From the NCBI GenBank assembly GCA_028534125.1, contig CM052818.1, forward strand, positions 16,990,001 to 17,054,000: a stretch of DNA of 64,000 nt, in the 5' to 3' direction. Position numbers and translations under genes: made by a program. Positions 40,083-52,437 of this stretch are shown in pieces. The notes beneath the pieces are model-generated. The model ran no database searches and had not been told where the DNA came from. It saw nothing but the letters and a program-made list of their open reading frames with translations. The stretch comes from Lama glama (taxonomy: Eukaryota). The stretch's first letter is position 1; every line of letters begins with the position of its first letter.

Positions 40083-41390
40083 ATTATTGTCTTATGCCCT
40101 GGAACTTGGATGCTATTTGCTTTGTTGGGTCCGTGGTTCTAAAATGTTACAGCAACTATTAACATTGATATTTAAAGCGGTTCCAGTTGTTCTTTAAGTT
40201 GCGTAATCTATTCTGAATAATAGAGATTTTTATCTTTTTATCTATGGTGTGCTGCTTCTTATTTCCATCATTCATGACCTTTAATTTTAATTTTGTATAT
40301 GTATAAAATGTTCGGGAAATTAATAATGTGCTTCACCTTTTTGTCTTTCCAAATAAGTGAACTTAACCCCAGTCAGCTCGAGGTCTCCTAATTAACACTT
40401 ATTTTCCTGATTGGAAAATGAGATTTATTCAAAAGTAATGCCAAGAGGGAAAAAGAACTACCAACATCCCTCACTTTTTGAACGTTTGCTTTATACCGTT
40501 CAGCTTGTACAAAAGGCCTGCATAAGTACCTGCTATCTGAAAGAAATCTGAAGAGGATTTTCACTTTTATGAGAAAAGGCAAAAATCAAAAATAATGTTC
40601 AGCATTTGTTTTGCAGTGAACCTATAAAGGTGAGGGCACCCCCCGAGCAGGGAGAGTGGCCCCGCCAAGCTCCCTCCCCGGGAACTAAGCTCAGCATCTC
40701 AGCATCTGGCCGCCGCAGCTTTGTACTGCGTCTGTGAGCATCTGTGCTTTGTCTTGATTTATGTTGTGCTTCCGTGGGCAAGATGTGTCCTACGGTAATT
40801 GCTTCTTTGCTTTACACCATTTCCACTAAAGAGTGTTTTCATAGGAATGCATTATTTTCAGATAACAGAGGAAATCTGTATCAGTTTCTGACATGCAAAA
40901 CATGATTACAAAGTAAAATATCATCCTTGTTAAAAAAAAAACCCAATATAATAATTTATTCCTATGAAGCAGATAAGGTGTATAGATTATCATGCCACTA
41001 CTGAGTGTGGGCAAGGGAGTGGAGGAGCTGGTACTCTCAACACGCTGCTGGTGAGAATATAAGATGGTATATAGCCACTTGGAAACAATTTGGCAGATTC
41101 TTAAAAAGTTAAACATATACATATTATATAATCCAGCCATTCCACTCCCAGTATTTGTTCAAGAGAAATGAAAGCTTACTTTTTAAAGCAATGGCTTGTA
41201 TTTGAATGGTGTAGCCACTTTGATCATAAGAGACAAAAATTAGAAACAGCCACAGTGTCTCTCAAGAAGTGGATGGATAAACAAATTGGGGTATAACCGT
41301 ACAGGTGACTAGTACTCAGTAACAAAAAGTAACTGACTTTTGATACATGTAATGACAAAGAAGAATCTCAAAATAATTATACCAAGTGAC

Positions 41391-41825
41391 TATTGTAGTC
41401 AGTTCCTCCAGAGAAAAAGAACCAATAGGACATAGATACAGCTACAGATATAGACATAGATGCATGAGAAGATTTATCATGGGACTGGCTCACACAATTA
41501 TGGAGGCCAAGATATGTCACAACCTGCCATCGGCAAGCTGGGGAACCAGGAAAGCTGGTGGTATAATGGGCAGGGGCAGATGGATGTACCAGCTCAAGAA
41601 GAGACAAAAAAACTCACCCTTTCCTCTGCCTTTCTGTTCTGTTGGAGCCCTCAGAAGATGATGCCCACCCACCCTGGTGAAGGCAGGTCTTCCTTACTCA
41701 GTCTCCTGAATCAAATGCTAATCTCTCTGGAAACAGCCTCACAGACACACGCAGAAATAACAGTTTACCAGCTCTCTAGGCATCCCTTAGCCCAGGCAAG
41801 TTGACACATAAAATTAATCATCACA
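41391..41825 (-). mobile_element. MLT2 (ERVL) solo LTR
   Basis: 'ctccagagaaaaagaaccaatagga..ctggctcacacaattatggaggcca..ttgacacataaaattaatcatcaca'; exact 5-bp TSD 'gtgac' at 41386-41390 and 41826-41830. Confidence 0.9.
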
Positions 41826-41849
41826 GTGACAGAAGCCAGAAAAAAAGAC

Positions 41850-41859
41850 TATATATACA

Positions 41860-41899
<40 letters not shown>
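41850..41899. repeat. (TG)n(TA)n compound microsatellite
   Basis: Seen directly. Confidence 0.9.
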
Positions 41900-41902
<3 letters not shown>

Positions 41903-42165
41903 ATATATACTGTATTATCCCAATTATATTAAATTCTAGGAAATATAACTAATATACAGTGACAGCAGATCAGTGGTTGCCTGGTGCCAGGAGGATGGGT
42001 TGGACGGGTTACATCTTTGCAACAAGAAAACTTATGGGCTGATGGGTGTGTTCACTCTCTTAACTATGGGGATAGTTTCATGAATGCATACATACACCAA
42101 AATTTGTGAAATGATACATTTTAAATATGTAGAGTTTATTGAATATCAACTATATCTCGGGAAGC

Positions 42166-42350
42166 TTTTTTTTTTTTTTTTGGTTTTGGTTTTGGTTTGA
42201 TTTGGTTTGGTTTCATTTATGAAACCTCTAGCCCATGGTAGGTACTCAGTAAGTTGCAGCTGTTGTAATTCTTTTCTATATACTTTTAAGTTATTATCTT
42301 TTTTTAAAATATATTTTTATTGAATTATAGTCAGTTTACAATGTTGTGTC
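42166..42350 (-). mobile_element. Very short young L1 3' end plus putative 3'-transduced sequence and second A-tail
   Basis: 42299-42350 matches the young L1 terminus; 42214-42298 is non-L1; 42166-42213 is a poly-T/(GGTTT)n tail; flanking near-duplication tc(g/a)ggaagct(t/g)tttt. Confidence 0.7.
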
Positions 42351-44029
42351 AGGAAGCTGTTTTTAAAAAGAGGGAGGACATTCAGTTAAGTACTGGAAGA
42401 CGTCCAGATAGAACCCAGGTCTCTGTCCTTTCGCAGCAGGTACACTGTTAGGGTGCACTGCAGGGTCCAAATTTTAAATATAGCCCAGCCAGAAAGGATT
42501 TTGAGTTGATTCAGTTCTTAAATACTATTAGAAAGGAGCTCCACTTTGATAATGCAGACTTCCAGAAATATAGCAAAATCAACTCCCTTTCCTGTCTACT
42601 GGGTTATTACAGATTGTGACTTTACCAATATGGAACTCAGAATCTTTTGCAGAATTAGTTGAAGAGGATGCAAAATCTGCATTTCTGACCTTAACTGGTG
42701 AGCATTTTGCTTCATTAATTTGTTGTAGCCTATTTGATCAGTTGAGGAGTTGTTGATTTGACGGAGTATTTAACTAGTACGAAAATTTCATAAAAATGGT
42801 TCCTTCAGTAGTAAAATGTAGACACTTGAAATGTAGCTGCACTAAATAAATTAATTCTACTTGAGATTTATCAGTTAGAGGACTGGAAACTAACAGAAAT
42901 CCTTGCTACTGGCCTTCACTCTATTTAAACAGAGTACCTTAAGGTATGAGACGGCCCTCTCCTTACATCCCAGATAATGTTTTAAAGTCTGTTTTATTTA
43001 CTAGTAGGAAAGTAGTAAATCTATTCAATTTAGTGCATTAAATTAGCATAATAATTAAAGTTTGACCTTATTGTAGGTCACAAGAATTGTTTAATCTCTT
43101 TATTTATCTGTACATACTGAGAAAGAAAGTGGCTGTGGAGATGCTAGGAAGCTGGGATCTATCAAAGCAACCATGTTACGTTAAAAGAACAAAGTTAATT
43201 ATGCTTTCAGATTATCACTTTTTTGATGCTGTAAAGGTTATCATGATTTTTTTTCTTTTCAAAAAGCTTATATGTGAAATAACCAAAAATTACATAAGAG
43301 TTTCTAGTGGAAAGATAAACATCTCTTTGTCTTTTAGTAAGAATTATGGTCCTGCCCAAAGGGTACATAGCATTGGGCTATTTTTATTGCAAAACAAGAC
43401 TAAAATATATCATAAACTTCCAGTTTTTTTTAAAGGACTATCAACTCTGTTTTGTATTATGTGACCCTAAAGCTTTATCTCAGCTTAGAGGAAATGTCAA
43501 AGTATGTGATTTGATTTCTAAACTCAAGACACTTTCTGGTTGAGATGAGATGGCTAGTTTCTCTATGCCCTGACACTGAAGGACATTGTGCAAGCCATAA
43601 ATAACTACAGACATTTCCCTGTTAAATCTTGCAAAAGAACCAAGTGCTTTGCCTCTGGTTCCATATGGTGATTCTGAGGCCAAAATTGGAGTAAATGTTT
43701 TTACCACCAGTGAAGAGAATTAAAGCCCAGTGCCTGTCCACCTCTCCCCTTCACACACACCTTATTGTAGAATTTCTTAAGCTTTGAATTCTCAAGAGTC
43801 CATCTCTAAGCTAGTGGTCTGGGATACATATTTTTGGTTTGATGGCTTATGCAGGTTTCTCTGAAGAGGGAAGTGTGCCATTCTTTAGTTTGTATCTTAA
43901 TTATTTTCTTTTTTAAGAGAGAGAAGAGACATGCATTCTCATGGGAAAATGTAAAATGTAAATGGTATTTTCACTGAATTTCAAGATTTCTTTAGCATTT
44001 TAAAATCATTTAAATAATTGTTAGCTGTG

Positions 44030-44200
44030 TGTAACTGTGTTTGTCATCTTTCTGCTGTAATAGGTCGTAAGTTCCGAGAGGATCTGTTTGTTCATTCACC
44101 GTTGTATTCCTAGCCTCTAAGCACAGTGCCTGACCCATAATGAGAGATCCTTAAAAATCCTTCTTTATTAAGGAGTGAATCGATAAAATAAATGAACAAA
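44030..44200 (+). mobile_element. L2 3' tail
   Basis: 'ttcaccgttgtattcctagcctctaagcacagtgcctgacccataa..aataaatgaa'. Confidence 0.7.
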
Positions 44201-45680
44201 ATACATTTCTTGCATTTAAATAGCAGTTTTTTTCCCAGAGATCAATGTCACTGAGACTTTTAGATGCATAGATTCAGAAAGCAGGACACCCAAAGGGGAT
44301 ATGTTTGTAACAAGATGATCATTTCTGTGTGTCTCAAATACAATGTGTAGGTGGCCACTAACTCTGCCTGTGCAAAGATCTAACCCTGAATATAGCAGGG
44401 CAGGTGTGGTGTTCAAAATAATGAAGGCAAAATAGAACCAGCAGCTTTTCCTTGCAGGTGATAGACTTTCCTAACTTATGCAAGCTGTGGTAAGGACTGT
44501 TTAGTTTGTGGCATTACAGTGCCTGTTGGGAGGAATTGAAATAGATTTTATATGTGGCACCCTCAGACACTCAAAAAATATCTACTGTGTATATTATAGT
44601 ATTAGTACTGTCACAGAATCTGTAGGGAGTGAAAGCCTTAAGGAATAATACAAGTAACAATTAGGAGGAATTGCAGTGATGGACAGACCAAACAATTCCT
44701 TTCCTTGTCTCTGCTAGTCTGAGAAGCCTTCAGGAGGCACTTCATGAATATAATAACAGGCCTGCCTGGGGAGAGGCAGCTCCTACAGTGTTTGCATGTC
44801 AAGAAACTCTTTTTTTAATTAATATAAAAGTATCTGGGATGGTCTTCAGATGATGCATTAGAAGAAGGAATGATGCTATTTGGGTTCCAAAGGCTATGAA
44901 AACGCAAAGTCATGTCAGAAGGAAGGAAAACCCCTGCTCTGTATCACCTAGTCGTTGTACGAAGGCATACTGGTCCTGTCACTCATGTTACTGTGCCGTA
45001 GAATTTTCCTAATGTGAGAAATAAAAGGCCAAACCAGACTCTAGGGCTATGTGTCTAAACAGCTGATGGGTAATTACTGGGAACCTTAAAGGCACAAGCA
45101 AGGAAAAGTGGAGGCTATTAAGAGTAAGCTATAGTTGAGCCATGTGATTGAGCAAAGCACTATTTACATTTGCTAAATGGAATGAAACTAGTTTCTGAAA
45201 AAGGAAAGAGAAATTCATGCATTGCACTTAATTTGTTTTTAGACTCAGGCAGTCCTTGTTAAACTGAGGCTAGGATGAGGAAGGAGTCTGGGCAACAGTA
45301 CAAATCAAAAATAGGGTCAAAGACATATTTCATTATCAGTTCTTCTGTGAATCCTCAGCGGAACAAACCTCCTCTTCCCTGATGGGTTAGGAACTTTGTC
45401 CTTCTTATCAAAGAGATCTGAGATGCATGGATTTGCAACTATTTGATGAAGGAACTTAAGCCATCACCTGATGTCTCTAAAACTCAATTTATCTGTAAAA
45501 TGTGGATAGTAAAATTCCTAGCATGGATATTGGCACAAATGAGTACCAAACACTTGATAATCACACTCATCATGATTTCATACTACATAAAGAACCTTTC
45601 AAGCATTATTTTAAGACAGACATGCATGCACACGCACTCTGGATGATTTTGAACTTTTTAAGGTCAAAAACTTTGTTTTC

Positions 45681-45955
45681 TTTTTTTTTTCCCTCCAGCT
45701 TTATTGAGGTATAATTGTCAAATAAAATTGTATGTGGTTAAGGTGTATAAAATGATTGGATTTGACTGCATCCATTGTGAATTGATTCAATCAAGGTAAT
45801 TACTGTTATCCATTATCTCACATAGTTACCTTTTTCGTGTGTAATGAAAATGCTTAAGGTCTACTGTGCTAGCAAATTTCAAGTATACAGGACAGTATTG
45901 TTAGCTGCAGTCACCATGATGTACATTAGATCCCCTAACTTGTTGATTTTATATC
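45681..45955 (-). mobile_element. L1MA-like 3' end
   Basis: Poly-T then 'cagctttattgaggtataattg..tcacatagttacc..tagcaaatttcaagtataca..gtcaccatgatgtacattagatc'. Confidence 0.8.
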
Positions 45956-46499
45956 TTTATCTCTGTATGGACCAGTGCCTAGTACCTATGAGACATCATT
46001 CATTTGGTTACCTATATTGATGCATGGACTTTCTGAGGTTCTAGGAGTTCCTGCTCCAGTATTTTGGAAGACCCTCAATGTCAGTCAGAAACAGCCAGCC
46101 AGATAGATGGTATTGGCCTGCTTCCTGTGGAGTCAAATACCAGATGTTCACACTGATGTAAAACAGTGGCCAAGGGTCCTGCTCACATTGCCAAGCCTCT
46201 CACCTGTTCTAACTGCAGGTTACACATTACCCTTGCTCTGCGTCTCTTCTTCTTCCAAGGCGGATTTTGATGTTCAAAGTGGGAGGACCCTACTCTCGTA
46301 AAAATCCAAACAAGTCAGTAGTACTAGGATATGAGTTAGTTGTGGCACTGACTTACAGAGATCCATGCAAGTCATTGGACAGGTCAGTCTCAATATTCTT
46401 ACACAATGTGAGGATGGAGGAGTATTTGATGTTCCTTCTAGTTGTAATGCTTTTGGGTGAAGGAAAGCAACATGGCAACATTCAGAAGCCAGAATTTGC

Positions 46500-46690
46500 A
46501 GACAAACAGACATTAAGGCTTTGATCCTGACTTGGCAATTTATTAGCTCTGTCATCTTGAATGATCACCTTAATTTTTTAATGCCTCTGTTCCCTCATTG
46601 GTGAAATGGAGATAACAGTACCTACCACAATGAATGTTTGTGATAGTTAAGGAAGATGATGTATGCAAACTACTAAACATAGTACCTGGT
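46500..46690 (+). mobile_element. MIR SINE
   Basis: 'tttgatcctgac..ttattagctctgtcatcttg..tgcctctgttccctcattggtgaaatggagataacagtacctacc'. Confidence 0.8.
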
Positions 46691-46744
46691 TCTCCTGACC
46701 TTTCACCTCTCCAAGGGGGGTAAAGTGCAGGCATTAGGAGTGTA

Positions 46745-46858
46745 TCATTCTGTTGATACATTTGTTGAGCATCCTGTATATACCAGGCGCTGTTCTAGAT
46801 GCTGAGATAAATCAATGAATAAAATGGACAAAAACTCTAGTCCTGGTGGAGCATTCTT
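46745..46858 (-). mobile_element. L2 3' tail
   Basis: 'acatttgttgagcatcctgtatataccaggcgctgttctagatgctgagata'. Confidence 0.75.
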
Positions 46859-49161
46859 AATGATAATTATTTTCTTTAATATAAAAGTACATTATAGGTT
46901 CATTGTGTCTTTAAAACCTCTGATCTTATTAAAATAGAAATTTAATTTAAGGTGAAATCAAAGCAAAATCAAGTATAAATGATGGTAATGATTGTAGGCT
47001 GTTAATCAGGGCATTGACTAAATTTCAGAGGGGGAAATCCTGTTGCAGATTTGTTAAAGTTGTGGATTCAGAAAAACAAAAGAAAAAGAATGAAAGACAT
47101 AATTCCTATTGAGTAAAGAATAAAGCACTAATTTTTGTTAAGAAAAAAAAATAAATGACTATATAATTTCTAATGCACAAAAATATATACTTAAATAAGT
47201 TTCATATTTATAGAGGTATCTTTGATTCTTAAATTTTAAAAGATTTCTAAGTCCTTTTAAAATTACAAAATCCTCAATAATTTATGTCACAAAATGATTT
47301 TTAAGTAAGATTTATTCCATTTATCAGCTTACCCTCAGACTGTATTGACTGTATACACCCTCCCCAAAAAAGATTTTTAAGGTTCTTGGATGAAAAACTT
47401 ACTTTTTTTAGAAGGAACATTTATTGTCCTCTACATCCAAATGAAATGGGTCAGATAATAGTCCTATCAAATAAAAATGCTGGAGAAACTATTCATATTA
47501 AACATAATGAAGTCCTTTGTAATGGGAAATGTAACAAGCAGTGTCCGGCAAAGTGAAAAATAGTTTACTGCATCAAAAAGTGTGCATCGCAAAAAAGCAA
47601 TTGCTTATATACCCATTTACCATGCAATGGAACCTTGAAGCAATGTGTTTACTGATGCATCGCATTTGCCTTTCTTGATAGAACCACAGAGTCATAGCTC
47701 AAGCCATCCTATTTGTGTGTGACATGTAAGTGGTGAGAGAAATGGAGGCCAGGGCAAAGGCCAGGAGGGCTGGAGCGGAGTGCAGGAGAGGCAAGCAGAT
47801 GCTTTCTGCCTTCACCTTCTCTCATAATCTCCCTGAAGCTGTCTTTTGAGCTTGGGGTTCATTCTCCAGTTATGTATTGCTTGCCTACAGTGTAAAAGGC
47901 ACCATTGTAAGGATTATGCTGTGATGTATTTTGGATAGTATGAAATTAGACATTGTGCTCTCCGAAAGTTTACACAATTCCAGAAAAAAAAAAGGAGACG
48001 TTTTCAAAATTGGGCAGCACATGAATATTGAGGGGATAAAAGGAAGCTCTTCTACTAGTGTGACTAAAGAGGAGGTGGTTTTAACTCTGGACCTAGAACG
48101 TGACAACGTGCCACCAAGATATTGAGGGTGGCAGAGGAAGAGTAGCAGCAGAGGTTCAAAAACAGAAAGGCGATGAGGCTGTGGGGACAACAGGGAAAGG
48201 AGTGGGAAGGAACTTGCAAAGAACCGGTGTTAGCGAATGATGCTGGCAGAAGAATTGCCAGGAGATGGAAGTGGAGTGCAAAAGTGACATTTGTATTTCC
48301 AGAAGACATTTTCAGTAAGAATAATTTAGGTCACTTTTCTTCTCATTGACATAATTGTGCCTTCCAAAAAACAAAAGCAGTGAATGCATTTTCAGGATGT
48401 TAAGAACTTTGGGTTTGTACTTAAAAGATCTGCGTTTGTGTCCTGGTTTGAGGATTACTAGGAAGTTAGGTCATTCTTCTGTCCGAAGTGAAGATACACC
48501 CAACCACTTTTACCTCTTCTTTGGTCTTTTTGAACTTGAATCAAATAGCTAAGGTGTGAATGCTTTCTGGACCCTGGGATGGGGCTATGCAAATGCAGGG
48601 TTTATATTGTAGGATAAAATTAAGTAAAACAAAGATTCTGGTTAAGCACCTGCACACTGAACCAAAACAAAGGCAATCAACAACAGAAACGAAAGACTGA
48701 GATGTGCTGAAAGCAGACCAGTGGAATACTTAGTCATTCGTGTATCTTTATTCAGAAGCTCTCTTGAAGGTGGAGAAGGGACTCCCGTCTATTTGCTAAT
48801 TTACTGTCATCTGAGACGTGGCTGCAGTTCCTTGCGACTATATAAAAGAGGAAATCCAGTAACATGGTTTACTAGTCCTAGTTCTGCCACTCAGGGCTTC
48901 AATAAACTCTACAGCCTCTTTCTTTCTCTCTCAATTGGGGATAATAATAGCTCGGAGCTGTTGTAAGTGTCAACAGATTATCCTTGTGATTTAAAGGAAG
49001 ATGAGAATTTCAAGTGTAGAAGAGTTGAAAAAGATATTCAATTTCTTTTTTTTGTCTTTTTGAGGGCAGAACGCAGAACTCTTACTTCACGTCTATCCTC
49101 CAGTCCAGACTGAGTCCTAGTCAGTGGGAGACACCCACCACTTCTCGAAGAGCAGGAGAGA

Positions 49162-50720
49162 CACTGATCATTTAAGAACTGCCGATCATGAGTGTGGCTT
49201 CCCTCTAGTCCCTGGGGAGGCCACTGAGTACACCCAAAACAAAGATCCCCAGCCTGTGTCCCTTGCATTCCACTGTGGGAGATTGACAATAAATAATAAA
49301 GCATAAATAATTATGTATTAAGTTAGAAAGTATGTGAGTGTAATGGAGAAAAACAGTGCAGGGCAAGGGAAAGCAAAGTGTGGGTGATACTGGAACCAAG
49401 ACTAGAAGGAGGTGAGGGAGCAAGCGAAAGGGAGATCTAGAAGGATATACCCGGCAGAGCAAAGAGCCCATGGAAGGTGGGGTTTAGGAGCTGTCTGGCT
49501 TGTTAAAGAGTCGGTGGGTTGGTTGGTTGTGCCTGGAGCATGACTGGGGCCTGGGTGGTGGTGAAGATGAGCTCCCAGGTGTAAGGGCACCTTCCGATCG
49601 TGTAGTTAGAGGCCACTCTAAGGACTTTGGCTTTTATTCAGAGAGATGGGAAGCTGCAAGGGGGGGGGTCTGTTGTTTATTTTAATGTTTCTGAAGATTT
49701 TAATGAGATAAGAAACTGCCCTATGTATGTTCGGCAGGTTGACAAGATACAAAGCTATCATACGATAATAATAGTGTTTATTTCTGGATGTGTATTAGTA
49801 ATTCCTCTACTATTTCATTTCTTTATTTTCCAAAAAAAGAACAAATGCTCTAAGGTAGCCTTATTATTTTTTTAACGAGTGAATTAATTTCACTAGTGGC
49901 ATCTCATAATGAAGATATTTCCTCTCAAGTGTGAGTGAGATGATGTTCTTGCTGAGGATTTTTTTTTTTCTTTGCAGATTATTACTTTGCTCAAGTAGCC
50001 CCTGAGCTTGGATGGAATAGTGGGGGCCTGGGGGGTGTAGGGTAGATCGTCGATCAAGTGATTAATGGTGATTAGGGTACAAATACAGAGAAGTCCTGTC
50101 CCATCAGGTATGAATAGCCAAGAGAAGCAGGGTACGCTACTGAGTACATTTAACCGTGCATTCGTAAATAAAAGGAATATTTACTTACGTGGTCAATGAA
50201 TTTCACTTTCCACTGGCAAACCTCAGAACCTAAAATGGAGCCAAAGCTATATTCAGTGGAGAAAAATGGATACTTTCAGAACTTTATTAACTCCTGCTTT
50301 TCTTAATATTTATTTTATTTATTTGATCCTCACCTGATGACTTTGTCAGATCATTTTCATGACTTCTGGCTGCCGCTGTTCTGGTACAAATCGAGCTGCT
50401 CTTTAGAATACAGGTGCTACTTACCCTTTTAATTAACACCTCTTCTGCTTCTAATTCAGAACCGCTGCTTAATTTCTCATGGATGGGATTTGAGCCAAAG
50501 AGTGACATAATTCAACTTTCAGTTTTAAAGGGGTCATTTTGATTTCTTATGGGGGTTGGAGGAGGTGAGGCAGGGAAGAGTAGACTCAGGTCACCAGTTT
50601 GGGGGTTATTTCAGAAATTAAGGAGAGACTAATGATTCAAACGAGGGTGACAGCAGTAAAAATGAGAAGTGGTTAGATTCTGGATTTATTTTGACAGTAG
50701 AGCTGACAGATTTGTAATGA
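49162..50720 (-). mobile_element. L2 LINE in two colinear pieces (49162-49654 and 50478-50720)
   Basis: Left piece ends 'aggactttggcttttattcagagagatgggaagc' and right piece starts 'catggatgggatttgagccaaagagtgacataat'; these are adjacent in the recalled L2 consensus. Confidence 0.65.
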
Positions 50721-52437
50721 TTTTACCCAAGCTTTCTGAAGCCTAGAGATCAATACCTTCCCATTTCTTTGTACTGGTAATTAGACTGAAAAGTGGTTCC
50801 AGTTTAATTTCTCCACATTTGTATGTCAATTTACCCTTAAATAATCGCTGGTCTAAGAATTAGTTTTCTTTTTTCTTCCTTATCTCCTATTCTTGAGTAT
50901 TTTTCCTTGTCTAAGACATGTACTATCAAAAAAGAAGGGTCAATATATACTACTGCAAAGCTAAAATGATACAGATCAGCCATATTTATGTGCTGGGTAG
51001 TTGGGTGACAATGCTCTAGCTTACCAAGTCCCAAAGTCCCTAGTTTGCTTCTGTCTTCTCTTTCCTCTGCTCTCCTAAAACAAAAACAAACACAAAACTA
51101 TTCACCATTCACAGGTATTTTGTTCTCAGCAAGATGCCAAGATGTAGCTCTTAACCTTAGTCATACCAGCAAAGAGTTTTAGCTATTAGCAAATATTTTT
51201 CAGTTCAGTTTAAATGCCATTTTGCATCCAAACAAGCACTGCAACCTTATCAGGCTGGACTGGTTCAAATTTTATTTATCAGAACTTCTCTACACACATC
51301 CTGATAGAAAAGCGTATACTCTCATTTCTAAGTTATAGGCTAGAACAAATCTGGGTTCCAGAGCTATTGCTTTGGTATATGGAAAGAGTTGCTTGAAAGG
51401 CAGATAAAAATGCATCAAATGAAGTCCTTCTTGATTCTTTATTAATACCTGAAAAAAGGACTATTATTATTTTCTTCTGAAAGAGAAAAAGAGAGAAATA
51501 GAAGAAAAATAAAGAGGGGGATGAGAGCTATATCTTTTCACAATGCTTGCTACTTTCCAGAGGAAAAATATGAATAAAACTAATCAATCCAGTTTACAAC
51601 TTGGTCATATTCAGTTAATTGCTTTTCTTAAATTGGCCAAGCCACCACACATCAAACAATCCCAGTTTTCTAAACTTTCTATTTTACATTAAGACCTGGC
51701 ATGTTTTCCCCAGGTTGCAAGAACTTAATTTGACCTCTCTTGCTCTTTTGTATCTTGCTTTGTTCTCCTGTTTCCCCATGTTCACCCAGTTGCACAGTGT
51801 GAAATGGACAATAATTTTTTGTCTAAGTATCATTTGAACCTTTGTGTAGAGTCATCCAGTGGCTACTGATTAGACAGGAAGATGAAAAAGCCAGAAGGGA
51901 AGAAAGGGAGGAGGAGATAGTGGGGGCCTACTTGTGTGCCTCAGCTGCAGCCATAATGTCACAAAAGACAAAGGAAGGAAACAAAGAGGCAGGTGGAGGG
52001 GACAGAGATGACAGCTGGGTGCTAGACTGAAAGTGTTTCCAGCCAAATGAATGTTACACTATCCACGACACATGGGGAAGGACAGTATGATCATGTAGTC
52101 AACAAATTTGCTTAAAATCCAAATGTGGAATACTAATACTTGGAGTGTTTATTATAAAAATCAAAGTAAATTTGAACTTCTTTATATTATTTATGTGTAA
52201 ATTTCAAATTCGGCTTCTCTGCCTCTTTTCCAAACAGAAATGTGACCTCAGCAACTTCATGGAGATATATAGATTGAGAATGAGCCATAAGCTGCAGGCT
52301 TTTAGATGTGGGAGTTCATTAAATGTGAGTGGGAATCAACAAGAGGAAATGGGTGCAAAGGAAAAAGGGGACATAAAAACATCAAAGAACAATAAAAAAA
52401 AAGAGGAAGTAAAATAAAGAAAAGAGAAAGAACAGTC

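Larger units (their letters stand above)
41002..42165 (+). mobile_element. Old L1M (L1MB/MC/ME-like) ORF2 end and 3' UTR, interrupted by MLT2 and, at its tail, by a young insertion
   Basis: 'gctgctggtgagaatataagatggtatatagccacttggaaac', 'ccagccattccactccc', 'gcagatcagtggttgcctgg'; the sequence rejoins across the MLT2. Confidence 0.8.

Noticed and set aside
41377..41804. Overlapping 76-114 aa ORFs
   Set aside because: They lie almost entirely within the MLT2 LTR.
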